The translations under genes were made by a program, and so were the position numbers. A stretch of 33,721 bases of DNA from Promethearchaeota archaeon (GTDB lineage Archaea > Asgardarchaeota > Lokiarchaeia > Sigyniarchaeales > SOKP01): NCBI GenBank assembly GCA_013375475.1, contig JABXKD010000038.1, positions 1-33,721 on the forward strand, written 5' to 3'. Positions 1 to 9,402 of the stretch are shown here, in pieces. The notes below the pieces were generated by a model. It was not told the origin of the DNA, ran no database searches, and saw only the letters and a list, made by a program, of their open reading frames with translations. Numbering within the stretch: the first letter of the stretch is position 1; each line of letters starts with the position of its first letter.

Positions 1-66
1 AAAGATGACTTAAATTTCGCCTTAGCAGCTATAGAAAAAGTAGGAAAGAAGTTAGATATTATATAA
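1..66 (+). CDS. 3' end of a gene entering the window, probably a class II PLP aminotransferase (glycine C-acetyltransferase / AON synthase family)
   Basis: Frame 1 reads KDDLNFALAAIEKVGKKLDII* (TAA 64-66), resembling the C-terminal helix of Kbl/BioF proteins, and is followed by a T-rich tract. Only 21 codons are visible. Confidence 0.5.
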   Translation, partial: KDDLNFALAAIEKVGKKLDII

Positions 67-67
67 T

Positions 68-89
68 TTATTTTTTTATTCCTTTTTTG
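68..89 (+). terminator. Oligo-T archaeal-type terminator
   Basis: T7 and T7 runs immediately after the stop at 66. Confidence 0.45.
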
Positions 90-272
90 TTTAGAATGGT
101 TTTGTAAGTGTAGCTTTAACCCTTAGATTTTTAAATTCACTTATTATTAATATATAATAAAATTTTATAGTTGGACGAAAATGTTAAAAACTTAAGAAAA
201 CATTCGTTCATATCTAACAAAAAATTAGGATCAATTTTTATAGATAAAAAAAAAAAAAAAATATGATATAAA

Positions 273-1610
273 ATGGAACCAAAAAAACAGACTATAATCA
301 TTGTATTAGTTGCAGTATTAGCTACAGCCGGAATAGCTGTAGGAGTAACTTACGTTCTTGTAGCCCCTCCTCCAGGAACAGAAGCAGAAGTGGACGCACT
401 CGAAATATACCATTGGTGGACATCAGGAGGGGAAGCAGCAGCAATAACAGCGCTTATAGATGAATTTGAAACACTATATCCAGATACAACAGTCCAAGAA
501 GTCCAAATTGCCGGTGGAGGCGGTTTTGAAATGAGAGTAAAGATTAAAACCTTGATGCTTGCAGGACAACCTCCAGATACATTCCAAATTCATAACGGTT
601 ATGAGTGGACAATATTTTACGACGCTAATTTATTAGATAATATAGATCATATCTGGACAACAGCGTTAAAAGCTGCAGTTCCTGATGTTGTAGAAGATAT
701 AAGTAAAGGCCCTGATGGTCATTACTACGCTGTCCCTGTTAACATTCATCGAAGTAATGTATTGTGGTATAATGCTAAGGTACTTCAATATAATGGAATA
801 AATCCCGCAAGTCTTACATCTTGGCCAGCTTTTTGGGCTGCTTGTGATACTTTAATAGCTAATGGAACCAGTGGTATTACAAAACCAGTCGCAATGGGAG
901 AACAATGGACTACTGCACATGCTTTTGAACAAGTTCTTGCTAGTGTAGGTATTGATACCTATGAAGCTTGGATAAATGGAGAGATTGATAGTGGTTCAGC
1001 AACCCATTACGCTGATCTACTTACTGCCTGCGAAATCTATGATAATCTTACGGATTATATTAATACGGATTGGGCTGGTTTATCATGGGATGGTGCTATA
1101 GCTGATTTAATCTCAGGAGACGCTGCATTTTCGATTATGGGGGATTGGGCAAACGGAGAATTTTACCAAGCAGGATGGGTTCATGGTGTAGACTATGGAA
1201 CTATTGGAGTTCCAGGAACAGGTAATATGTATGGTCTTGTAGTAGATTGTTTTGAAAAACCAAAAAATATTCTTCATCCAACTGCTGTAGATAATTGGTT
1301 AGGAGTGGTTGCTTCAAAAGATGGACAAGATGCCTTTAATCCTCTAAAAGGATCAATATCTGCTCGAACTGATGCAGATACTGGAAAATATGGGGCTTAT
1401 CAACAATCTGCTTTAGCAGACTTTTCTGCGGTTACCTACATGTTTCCAAGCGTAGTTCATGGTAGTGGTGCTCCAGAAGCATTTAACACTGATTTGTCTC
1501 CTTTAATCGGAGCATTAACCTCAGGTACAGCTGCCTCTACAACAGCTTTAGCTATAGCAGCCCTAGCGGCTACATATGCCAGTGATTTTATAAAAACATG
1601 GAGTTTATAA
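273..1610 (+). CDS. Sugar (glucose/mannose-type) ABC transporter substrate-binding protein with N-terminal membrane anchor
   Basis: EIYHWWTSGGE, PPDTFQIH, VPVNIHRSN, IMGDWANG and FNPLKGSI motifs of glucose-binding CUT1 proteins; N-terminal hydrophobic helix; first gene of an ABC operon. Confidence 0.93.
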   Translation: MEPKKQTIIIVLVAVLATAGIAVGVTYVLVAPPPGTEAEVDALEIYHWWTSGGEAAAITALIDEFETLYPDTTVQEVQIAGGGGFEMRVKIKTLMLAGQPPDTFQIHNGYEWTIFYDANLLDNIDHIWTTALKAAVPDVVEDISKGPDGHYYAVPVNIHRSNVLWYNAKVLQYNGINPASLTSWPAFWAACDTLIANGTSGITKPVAMGEQWTTAHAFEQVLASVGIDTYEAWINGEIDSGSATHYADLLTACEIYDNLTDYINTDWAGLSWDGAIADLISGDAAFSIMGDWANGEFYQAGWVHGVDYGTIGVPGTGNMYGLVVDCFEKPKNILHPTAVDNWLGVVASKDGQDAFNPLKGSISARTDADTGKYGAYQQSALADFSAVTYMFPSVVHGSGAPEAFNTDLSPLIGALTSGTAASTTALAIAALAATYASDFIKTWSL

Positions 1611-1624
1611 ATAAATTCTAAAAC

Positions 1625-1634
1625 TTTTTTTTTT
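1625..1634 (+). terminator. Oligo-T tract between binding-protein and permease genes
   Basis: T10 run 14 nt after the stop; could give an excess of binding-protein transcript (inference). Confidence 0.35.
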
Positions 1635-1683
1635 ATATTATTTTATAAGATTAAATTTGCTCAAAAAATAGTAAGGTGTTAAA

Positions 1684-2637
1684 ATGGAACAAGTAAGTGA
1701 AGAGATAGATAATATTGAAGATTTTAAAATTGAAAAAAAGCATAAATTTTCAAAAAATATAATAACTAGCATATTTGCTAGAGATAAGTTAATAATTCGA
1801 TTAATTTTCGTTACTTGTTGTATACTTGTAGCATATTTTGTATATTATTTTATAGCCTGGAATTTTATAGTCTCAATGACAGATTGGGAGGGATTAACAC
1901 AACCAGAAAATTTTGTAGGTTTTGAAAATTATCTCAGAATGTTTGATGATCCAATATTTTGGACTTCTTTAACAAACAATCTTGTCTTTATGCTTGTATT
2001 TATACCGTCTAGTATTGTTATTGGACTCTTCTTAGCAATACTTTTAGATCAAAAAATCAGGAAAGAGAGCGTTTTTAGGACAATATATTTATTACCTTAT
2101 GCGCTTTCGTTTGTTGTTACTGCTTATCTATGGCAATGGATGTTTGTTGAAGATGGTGTTATTAATTCTATATTAGATCTATTTGGCCTTGGATCTTTAA
2201 AGATGGCTTGGGTAAGTGATCCAGATATAGCACTTTTCAGCGTTTCATTCGCTTTAGTTTGGCAATTTTCTGGTTACGTAATGTTAATTTTTTTAGCAGC
2301 AATAAGAACAGTTCCACAAACACATATTATGGCTGCCCAAATAGATGGTGCGTCTGGTTTTAGACTATATACACGTGTTATTATCCCACAAATTAAGACA
2401 TCAACTTTTACAGCTTTTGTTATTCTCATGATATTTTCCTTAAAAGCATTTGATTTTATATGGATATTAACCGATGGAGGTCCAGGTTATGCAACTACAA
2501 TTTTGAATATTACAGTATTTAGAGAGGCCTTTAAAAAAAATCAATTTGCTTATAGCTCTGCGATTGCAACAACATTATTATTAATAGTTATGGTAATTGT
2601 AATTCCTTACCTTTATATAACATATAAAAAGAGGTAA
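1684..2637 (+). CDS. Carbohydrate ABC transporter permease (MalF/UgpA-like)
   Basis: FVGFENY motif, EAA-type loop (AAQIDGAS), TDGGPG, about 6 TM helices. Confidence 0.93.
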   Translation: MEQVSEEIDNIEDFKIEKKHKFSKNIITSIFARDKLIIRLIFVTCCILVAYFVYYFIAWNFIVSMTDWEGLTQPENFVGFENYLRMFDDPIFWTSLTNNLVFMLVFIPSSIVIGLFLAILLDQKIRKESVFRTIYLLPYALSFVVTAYLWQWMFVEDGVINSILDLFGLGSLKMAWVSDPDIALFSVSFALVWQFSGYVMLIFLAAIRTVPQTHIMAAQIDGASGFRLYTRVIIPQIKTSTFTAFVILMIFSLKAFDFIWILTDGGPGYATTILNITVFREAFKKNQFAYSSAIATTLLLIVMVIVIPYLYITYKKR

Positions 2638-2643
2638 TAAGAA

Positions 2644-3561
2644 ATGAGTTCATATGAAGTAAATCAATCTGAAGCTTTATCTGTAATAGATGATTCAAAA
2701 TGGGAAAAGATTCATGGAAGTAAAGAATTTAGATTATCAAAAATGAAGAAAATAATAAAACGTGTAATACTTTACGCCATTTTATTAGTTGCTTTAATCA
2801 TAACTATAATACCACTTTGGTCTGGTATTATGTCTGCCTTTAAAACTCAAGCAGATTTATCGTTAACATCACCACTTGCTCCACCTTCAATTCCAACATT
2901 CGAGCCTTTTATTTATGCTTGGCAAGAATTGCAAGGACCTTTAATAAATTCGGTTTTATTTACTACTCTAGCAACCATATTTTCTTGTTTACTCGGTTCT
3001 ATATGTGGTTTTGTATTGACTAAATTAAAGTTCAAGGGTTCTAATACTGTATTTCTTCTTCTTACTTTGGGAATTTTCCTTCCATATCAGTCTATTATAA
3101 TTCCTCTTTTTATTACTATAACAAATTTAGAAATATATGATACATTGTGGGCTATGGTATTAGTACATTCAGTCTATGGAATTCCTATGACGACACTTCT
3201 CTTTAGAAGTTATTATGAATCAATACCAAATAGTATAATAGACGCAGCTAAAACTGATGGAGCGGGAGTAATGGCGATATATAGAAGGCTTATATTACCT
3301 TTATCTCCTTTACCCTTTGTTGTTGCGGGAGTATTTCAGTTTACTAGTATTTGGAACGATTATCTTTTTGCTCTGATACTTACCGGGGCAAGATTCGAAC
3401 CAGCTTCATTTGCTCTATCGAATATGGCAGGAGGGACTGAAACAGCTTGGAATAATACAATGGCGGGTACTTTTTTGTATTCATTACCTATTCTACTTAT
3501 TTTTGTTTTGTTAGGTAAATATTTAATGCAAGGATTAATGGCAGGAGCAGTAAAAGGTTAG
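2644..3561 (+). CDS. Carbohydrate ABC transporter permease (MalG/UgpE-like)
   Basis: DAAKTDGA EAA loop, WNDYL, C-terminal GLMAGAVKG. Confidence 0.93.
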   Translation: MSSYEVNQSEALSVIDDSKWEKIHGSKEFRLSKMKKIIKRVILYAILLVALIITIIPLWSGIMSAFKTQADLSLTSPLAPPSIPTFEPFIYAWQELQGPLINSVLFTTLATIFSCLLGSICGFVLTKLKFKGSNTVFLLLTLGIFLPYQSIIIPLFITITNLEIYDTLWAMVLVHSVYGIPMTTLLFRSYYESIPNSIIDAAKTDGAGVMAIYRRLILPLSPLPFVVAGVFQFTSIWNDYLFALILTGARFEPASFALSNMAGGTETAWNNTMAGTFLYSLPILLIFVLLGKYLMQGLMAGAVKG

Positions 3562-3571
3562 AGGTGATATT

Positions 3572-4684
3572 ATGCCAAATGTAAAAATAAGAAATTTAGT
3601 AAAGAAATATGGAGATATTTATGCTCTGGATAAAATAAACTTAGATATAGACGATGGTGAACTTTTTATTTTGCTTGGACCATCTGGTTGCGGAAAAACA
3701 ACAACTCTCTTTAGTATCGCGGGGTTAATTAAACCTGATCAAGGTGAAATATGGTTTGGTGACCAATTGATTACTAGTGCTGAGAGGAATTACATTGAAA
3801 GACCTCAAGAGAGAAATATTGCTATGGTTTTTCAAGACTATGCTATCTACCCTCATATGACTGTTTTTAAAAATATTGCATTCCCATTACAAATTATAAA
3901 TCTAAGCAGAGAGGAAATTAAAAAAAGAGTGTTTGAAACAGCAAAAAGTCTTGGAATAGAAAAACTTCTAGAAAGGAAGCCAAAACAACTTAGTGGTGGT
4001 CAAAGACAAAGAGTAGCTTTAGCAAGAGCAATTGTTAGGGAGCCTAATGTATTTTTGATGGATGAACCTCTCTCCAATCTTGATGCTAAATTGAGAGTTT
4101 TTGCTAGAGCAGAACTAAAGAGATTACATAAAAAATTAGGAATTACATTTATTTATGTAACTCACGATCAGATAGAAGCATTATCAATGGGAACTACAAT
4201 TGCAATTTTAAACAACGGAAAAATAGAACAAGTAGGTGAACCAGATGTAATTTATAACTCTCCAAAAAATCTATTTGTTGCTGGATTTATTGGAAGCCCT
4301 CCAATGAATATGTTAGACGGTAGTTTAAAAAAAGAAAATGGAAGTTTGCATCTAGATCTTGGTTTTACGGATTACAAATTACCAAATGATATGCAAAAAT
4401 TAAATGAAGGGAAATATAAGGAAATAATATTAGGTATTCGACCAGAAGATGTTCTAATATCGAAAGAAGCTGTTAATAAATCATTTAGAGCAACAATTGA
4501 TATTATAGAACCAATGGGGAGAGAGATTGAAATTCATCTAGATGTAGGAGGAAAATCAATAATTTGTGTGGTGAGAAAAATAGAGAATTTAGAAATTGGT
4601 GAAGAAATATATATGACTTTTAATGATAAAAAAATTCATTTATTTGACAAGAATACTGAAGAAAATATATTTGCTATTAATTAA
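3572..4684 (+). CDS. Sugar ABC transporter ATP-binding protein (MalK/MsmX family)
   Basis: Walker A GPSGCGKT, LSGGQRQR signature, Walker B FLMDEP, YVTHDQ, FIGSPPMN, C-terminal TOBE region; GGTGA SD at 3563-3567. Confidence 0.96.
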   Translation: MPNVKIRNLVKKYGDIYALDKINLDIDDGELFILLGPSGCGKTTTLFSIAGLIKPDQGEIWFGDQLITSAERNYIERPQERNIAMVFQDYAIYPHMTVFKNIAFPLQIINLSREEIKKRVFETAKSLGIEKLLERKPKQLSGGQRQRVALARAIVREPNVFLMDEPLSNLDAKLRVFARAELKRLHKKLGITFIYVTHDQIEALSMGTTIAILNNGKIEQVGEPDVIYNSPKNLFVAGFIGSPPMNMLDGSLKKENGSLHLDLGFTDYKLPNDMQKLNEGKYKEIILGIRPEDVLISKEAVNKSFRATIDIIEPMGREIEIHLDVGGKSIICVVRKIENLEIGEEIYMTFNDKKIHLFDKNTEENIFAIN

Positions 4685-4740
4685 TTCTATCAATTTAAAA
4701 CCCTAAAATGCTTAAGTTTAACAAAGTTTGCAATTTACAA

Positions 4741-5130
4741 TCACTCAGTAATTTCGATTCGATTTTTTTCAGGATCTAATACCGTACTTTCGAAGTAGCC
4801 GTCCCCCGTATACCTCGGACCGTCTAAAACTTCGTAACCATCATCAGCTAAACGATTAGTCAAATTAATTACTTTCTCCTTAGATCCTACAGAAATCGCT
4901 AAATGAATAAAACCTATAAACTGTTTATATGGATTATTTAAAGACTCTGGAATTGATGGCATTTGCATAAGTTCCAATCTAGTTGCACCATCAAAGGTTA
5001 AGAAATATGAGGAGAACTTATGTTTACTATTGAAGTATCTATCATTTGATTTTGCACCAAAATAAGTTTCATAAAAAATTCTAATCTTTTCCAAATCCCT
5101 AACCCAGATTGCAATATGGTCGACTTTCAA
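4741..5130 (-). CDS. VOC / glyoxalase family protein
   Basis: HIAIWV...RLELM...HLAISVGS...DPEKNRIEI metal-ligand pattern (H, E, H, E); TTG start preceded by AGGAAGGAG. Confidence 0.9.
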   Translation of the reverse strand: MKVDHIAIWVRDLEKIRIFYETYFGAKSNDRYFNSKHKFSSYFLTFDGATRLELMQMPSIPESLNNPYKQFIGFIHLAISVGSKEKVINLTNRLADDGYEVLDGPRYTGDGYFESTVLDPEKNRIEITE

Positions 5131-5217
5131 TGGAATTTCTCCTTCCTAATTAATTTATTCTAATCTTCTTTTGAATGCTATTTCTTATTATCTTTATATT
5201 TGTTTTTTGAAATTAAA

Positions 5218-6222
5218 TTACATTATTATTTGTTCTCCGGGATATTTCAAATGCCACTGAGAACGTAAAGTATCCATAGTTTTCATTATTTCTAAAGTTT
5301 CATCTAATGGCATGATTTTACTTTCAAGTTTACCAGAATTTAAACATTGCATTACTTCCATAGCTTCATAATTATAACCAGTTGATTTAAAAGGTACTCT
5401 GATCGTTTTTTCTTGTTTACCTTCTAATTTCAGAATCATTTTTGATGGATGATAAAAGTCAGGAATTCGCAAATATCCTTTAGTTCCATAAATGAAGGCA
5501 TCGTGGGGCATAATTAATCTATGTGAAGAAGAAAGCATTGCAGTTTGTCCATTTTCATATTCAAATAAATAACAAGATTTTTCATCAACATTTGTTTTTC
5601 CAATGTATGCGCTACTTTTTATTTTTGAAGGAGGTTGTTTATAAATCATTCTCGCAAATGAAATAGGATAGATTCCTAGATCAAGTAATGCACCTCCTCC
5701 TAAATCAGGATTGAATGAACGTACTTTAGGGTCTAATTCCTTTTTAATTCCAAAGTCAGCCGTAACGTGTTGAATTTCTCCTAATAAGCCCTCGTCTAAA
5801 AATTCATTTAATTTTACGATACAAGGTATAAATCTTGTCCACATAGCTTCCATTAAAAATATATTATTGTTACGGGCTGTGTTAATTAACTGTTCAGCTT
5901 GCTTAGCATTCAATGTAATAGGTTTTTCACATAGAACTGGTTTTCCGTGATTGAGACAGAGTAAAGCATTTTTATAATGGAAATTATGAGTAGTCGCAAT
6001 ATAAATTACATCGATAGCGGGATTTTTTACTAACTCTTCATAATTATTATATGTATTTTTCACTCCAAATATTTTACCGAAATTTTCAGCTTTTCCCTCT
6101 GTTCTAGATGCAACAGCCTCTAATATCGCATCAGGAAGTACCTCTAACCCTTCAGCGAACTTATTTGCTATCTTTCCACAACCTAAAATTCCCCATTTTA
6201 TTATTTTACTCATATTATTCAT
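5218..6222 (-). CDS. Gfo/Idh/MocA family NAD(P)-dependent oxidoreductase
   Basis: WGILGCGKIA Rossmann motif, LCEKP, EAMW, GGGALLDLGIY. Confidence 0.93.
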   Translation of the reverse strand: MNNMSKIIKWGILGCGKIANKFAEGLEVLPDAILEAVASRTEGKAENFGKIFGVKNTYNNYEELVKNPAIDVIYIATTHNFHYKNALLCLNHGKPVLCEKPITLNAKQAEQLINTARNNNIFLMEAMWTRFIPCIVKLNEFLDEGLLGEIQHVTADFGIKKELDPKVRSFNPDLGGGALLDLGIYPISFARMIYKQPPSKIKSSAYIGKTNVDEKSCYLFEYENGQTAMLSSSHRLIMPHDAFIYGTKGYLRIPDFYHPSKMILKLEGKQEKTIRVPFKSTGYNYEAMEVMQCLNSGKLESKIMPLDETLEIMKTMDTLRSQWHLKYPGEQIIM

Positions 6223-6291
6223 TTATGATTTTCAACATAAAATTTTTTTTTATTCCTTTTTTATTTATGTAATTTTATCAAATAGTTCTTT

Positions 6292-7569
6292 TCAAATTAG
6301 TTTTCCCTTCTCTAATGCTTCGTAAGCCAAATTATCTATTCGGAGCCAATCGATTGGAAAAATCCAATCACTATTTTCTGGACAATATTGCGTTAAGACT
6401 ATTGAGATTATTTGATTCTTAGGATCTATATTAAAGAGTGTATTGAAAGCTCCACTCCAACTATAATCTCCAATTCCGCTTTTTGACATATTTTCTGTTA
6501 TTTTCACTAATACGCCTAATCCGAATCCATATCCTTCCATTCTTTCAATTGCTTCAGGATCTTTGTATTTAATATACTGCATATCCAAATAATTACTGTT
6601 ATTAGGTAATTGGTTAGATGTCATCAAATTAATTGTCTCTTGAGATACGATTTGTTTATCTTTATATTTTCCTCCATTCAACATCATTAGACAAAATTTC
6701 AGGTAATTTTCTAAAGTAGATACAAGTCCACCCCCACCCGATAAGTATTGTATCTCATGCTTGAATCCTTCATAAATAGCTCCTTCTACTTCGATTAGTT
6801 TGTTATTTTGATTTTTTGTGTATACTTTCGATAGTCGCCCCCAATTTTCCTTCGGAACGTAAAAATCAGTATCATTCATACCTAGTTTATCAAAAATATA
6901 TTTTTTAAAAAAAACATCTAATTTCTTTCCTGATAATACCTCAATTAAGTAACCCAAAATTTCATGACTGAAAGCATACCACCAATGTTCTCCAGGATCG
7001 AAAGTAAGGGGAAGAGTTGCTAAACGCTTACTAAAATCATCTAACGGTGGCATTATGGGGAACATCTCTAGTTTTGTCTTTAGCCTGTTTTCACCAGTAA
7101 AGCCAAATTCCTCCCCATATAACTTGTCTACTGGTATTTCATCCGGATAGTCTCCATAACTAAGTCCAGACGTATGAGTAAAAAGCTGTTTGATGGTTAT
7201 AGGTTTTTTAATTTCTTCTAATTCAGTTTCACCAGTCTTATTATCAATAGATTTCAAAACTTTTAGATTTTTAAACTCAGGAAGATACATTTCAAGTGGA
7301 TCATCCAAATCAAATTTCCCTTGTTCGTAAAGAATTAACGCAGCCAAACAAGTAATTGGTTTGGTCATCGAATAAATTCTGAAAATATCATCAAATTGAA
7401 TTGGAATCTGATTTTCTTTATCTTTCCATCCAAATTTATTACAATATACTATTTTGTTTTGATGATATATTGCACAAAGAACGCTGCCAGTTATATTATC
7501 ATTAATATAAGTCTGAAATTCAGTTGATAATTTTTTAAAAACTTCTGGATTTAATTGTGTAATTATCAT
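6292..7569 (-). CDS. Serine hydrolase, beta-lactamase class C / AmpC-like esterase or peptidase
   Basis: SxxK motif (YSMTK), LFTHTSGL, PGEHWWY, SGGGGLVST, YSWSGA; ATG at 7569 preferred over upstream TTG at 7611. Confidence 0.9.
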   Translation of the reverse strand: MIITQLNPEVFKKLSTEFQTYINDNITGSVLCAIYHQNKIVYCNKFGWKDKENQIPIQFDDIFRIYSMTKPITCLAALILYEQGKFDLDDPLEMYLPEFKNLKVLKSIDNKTGETELEEIKKPITIKQLFTHTSGLSYGDYPDEIPVDKLYGEEFGFTGENRLKTKLEMFPIMPPLDDFSKRLATLPLTFDPGEHWWYAFSHEILGYLIEVLSGKKLDVFFKKYIFDKLGMNDTDFYVPKENWGRLSKVYTKNQNNKLIEVEGAIYEGFKHEIQYLSGGGGLVSTLENYLKFCLMMLNGGKYKDKQIVSQETINLMTSNQLPNNSNYLDMQYIKYKDPEAIERMEGYGFGLGVLVKITENMSKSGIGDYSWSGAFNTLFNIDPKNQIISIVLTQYCPENSDWIFPIDWLRIDNLAYEALEKGKLI

Positions 7570-7662
7570 TAAAAGAAAAATAAGATTATCTGGTTTAAAA
7601 GACTTCTTCAAAAGCTTATAATCAGTAATAAAAAGAAAAATAAAATTTTAATTAGAAGAACA

Positions 7663-8454
7663 CTACATTTTTTTAGCTTGTGCTATCCAGCTTTTTACAT
7701 CTTCTAATTTTGGAATTTTTCGAATAACATTTGGTCTGGATTTATCAAATTCAACAATTTTATCTAAAGTTCCTTGAGGTGCTCTTTTTGCTAATTCTTT
7801 GACAGAGTCAATTCCGATCTGGTTAAGCGCGTCAGAATACTCAGGTCCAATTCCGTCGATTTTCATGAGGTTGGCGTGTTCTTGCCATTTATCTATCATT
7901 TTAGTGGAAATTTTAGTTTTTACCGATAGCTCTTTAATTTTTGCCTTAGTGAGAGTCATTAAGTCTTCAAGCTTTACGACGCCTGCTTTATTTAACTTTT
8001 TTGCGTAAGTTTCACCTATTCCTTCAATGTCGATGACATCCATTTTTGCTGTTTTCTTAACTTTTTTTACTTCATAGAGTTCCTTTGCCTGTTTAATCCA
8101 AGCGTCAACTTGAGCTTTTGTCGGTAGTTTTCTTATAATATTCGGTCTTCTTTTATCAAGAGCTTTAATTTTCTCCATAACTTTAGCGCTATTTCTTTTT
8201 GCTAATTCTTTTACAGAGTCGATTCCTATTTTGTTTAACGCTTCGGCAAATTCTGCGCCAATACCTTTTAGAGCCATTAAATCGGCTTGTTCCTGCCATT
8301 TATCAACAAGTTTTGGTGAAATTCGCGCTTTTTTCGCCACTTCATTGATCTGCTCCCATGTCAACTTCGAGAGGTCTTCAACATTAGCGAGACCAGCTCT
8401 CCCTAATTTTAGGGCGTATTTTTTTCCAATACCCTCTATTTCTATTATTTTCAT
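7663..8454 (-). CDS. Protein with two tandem helix-hairpin-helix/DUF4332-like units
   Basis: Two roughly 135-aa units, each IEGIG...KL..AG...W..ADLM..GIG.E...AL..IGIDSVKELAKR...IRK.P; ATG at 8454 (TTG 8460 alternative). Confidence 0.85.
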   Translation of the reverse strand: MKIIEIEGIGKKYALKLGRAGLANVEDLSKLTWEQINEVAKKARISPKLVDKWQEQADLMALKGIGAEFAEALNKIGIDSVKELAKRNSAKVMEKIKALDKRRPNIIRKLPTKAQVDAWIKQAKELYEVKKVKKTAKMDVIDIEGIGETYAKKLNKAGVVKLEDLMTLTKAKIKELSVKTKISTKMIDKWQEHANLMKIDGIGPEYSDALNQIGIDSVKELAKRAPQGTLDKIVEFDKSRPNVIRKIPKLEDVKSWIAQAKKM

Positions 8455-8597
8455 GATCAATTAATACCAATTTTTAATATAAAAGTATATGGTAAAAATA
8501 CAGATAGCAGTTTATAAAAATAACTCTAATTTTTTATTAAATGAAAAGCGTGAAAATAAGGAAAGGGCTTTTATGAATATTAAATTAAAAAAAAAGT

Positions 8598-9182
8598 TTA
8601 TAGGGGTTTAGCGAGAATTGCTTTAACTCTTAACTGATGAAATAAACTCGAGGTCATGGGCTTGATTAGACATACCGTATCTGCTCCTCTTCCAGTTCCA
8701 CCCACACAAATGATATCATCATCAATGTTTGAGATTAATCCCGCATCAGCTACCATAGTAGCAATTTCCATGCAAACTTTTGTACCTTGACTAAAATTTT
8801 CTCTAAGATATTTGGCCATTATCTCTACCGGTGCCCACTGTTTTAAAGACATTCGAAGACTTCTTTCGACTGAACCAAATGCGTGCGTTGCGGAAAATAC
8901 AATTAAGCCTTCCTTTCTCAAATTTTCTATTAAATCCTCAGGAAATTCTTGCCTTTTATCTTTTCCTCCAAAATAATACGAATGAGTGACTACTATTAGC
9001 TTATATTTATTAAGATCAAATATTTCTTTAGCCTTTTGAGCGGTCATACCAGTGGTACTTGCGATTACAATCTCTTTTATACCAAAATGCTCAGCGTATT
9101 TTTTCGCGATCTCCAAAGCTTTATCAGTATTTTGGGGACCTCCATTTTCGAAATATAATACTTCTAGCTTTATATCTACCAT
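8598..9182 (-). CDS. Stand-alone pyruvate kinase alpha/beta-like domain protein (conserved archaeal family)
   Basis: YFENGGPQNT, VIASTTG, VVTH, QGTKVCMEIATMVADAG, GGTGRGADT. Confidence 0.85.
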   Translation of the reverse strand: MVDIKLEVLYFENGGPQNTDKALEIAKKYAEHFGIKEIVIASTTGMTAQKAKEIFDLNKYKLIVVTHSYYFGGKDKRQEFPEDLIENLRKEGLIVFSATHAFGSVERSLRMSLKQWAPVEIMAKYLRENFSQGTKVCMEIATMVADAGLISNIDDDIICVGGTGRGADTVCLIKPMTSSLFHQLRVKAILAKPL

Positions 9183-9402
9183 TTTTCTAATTTATAATTT
9201 TGTTTTTGAATTAAATAAAAGTTTTGTGATATTAGAGCTTTTATTTCTTTAAGGATCAAAAGTTAAAAAACTGAACTAAAAGATAATTTAGTAATGTTAT
9301 ATTCTATTAGAGACTTGTCATGATCATCATTAAGCATAATTTTAAATAAAATATAATGTGATCAAATGTAATAAAATTTTATATAGAAGTTAGGGAAAAA
9401 AA

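Noticed and set aside
6292-7569. Antibiotic-resistance beta-lactamase
   Set aside because: No signal peptide and no KTG triad (WSG instead); more consistent with a cytoplasmic esterase or peptidase.
7799-9252. Plus-strand ORFs 7799..8008, 8231..8464 and 9052..9252
   Set aside because: Antisense shadows of well-supported genes; the first two resemble each other only because the real gene is internally duplicated.
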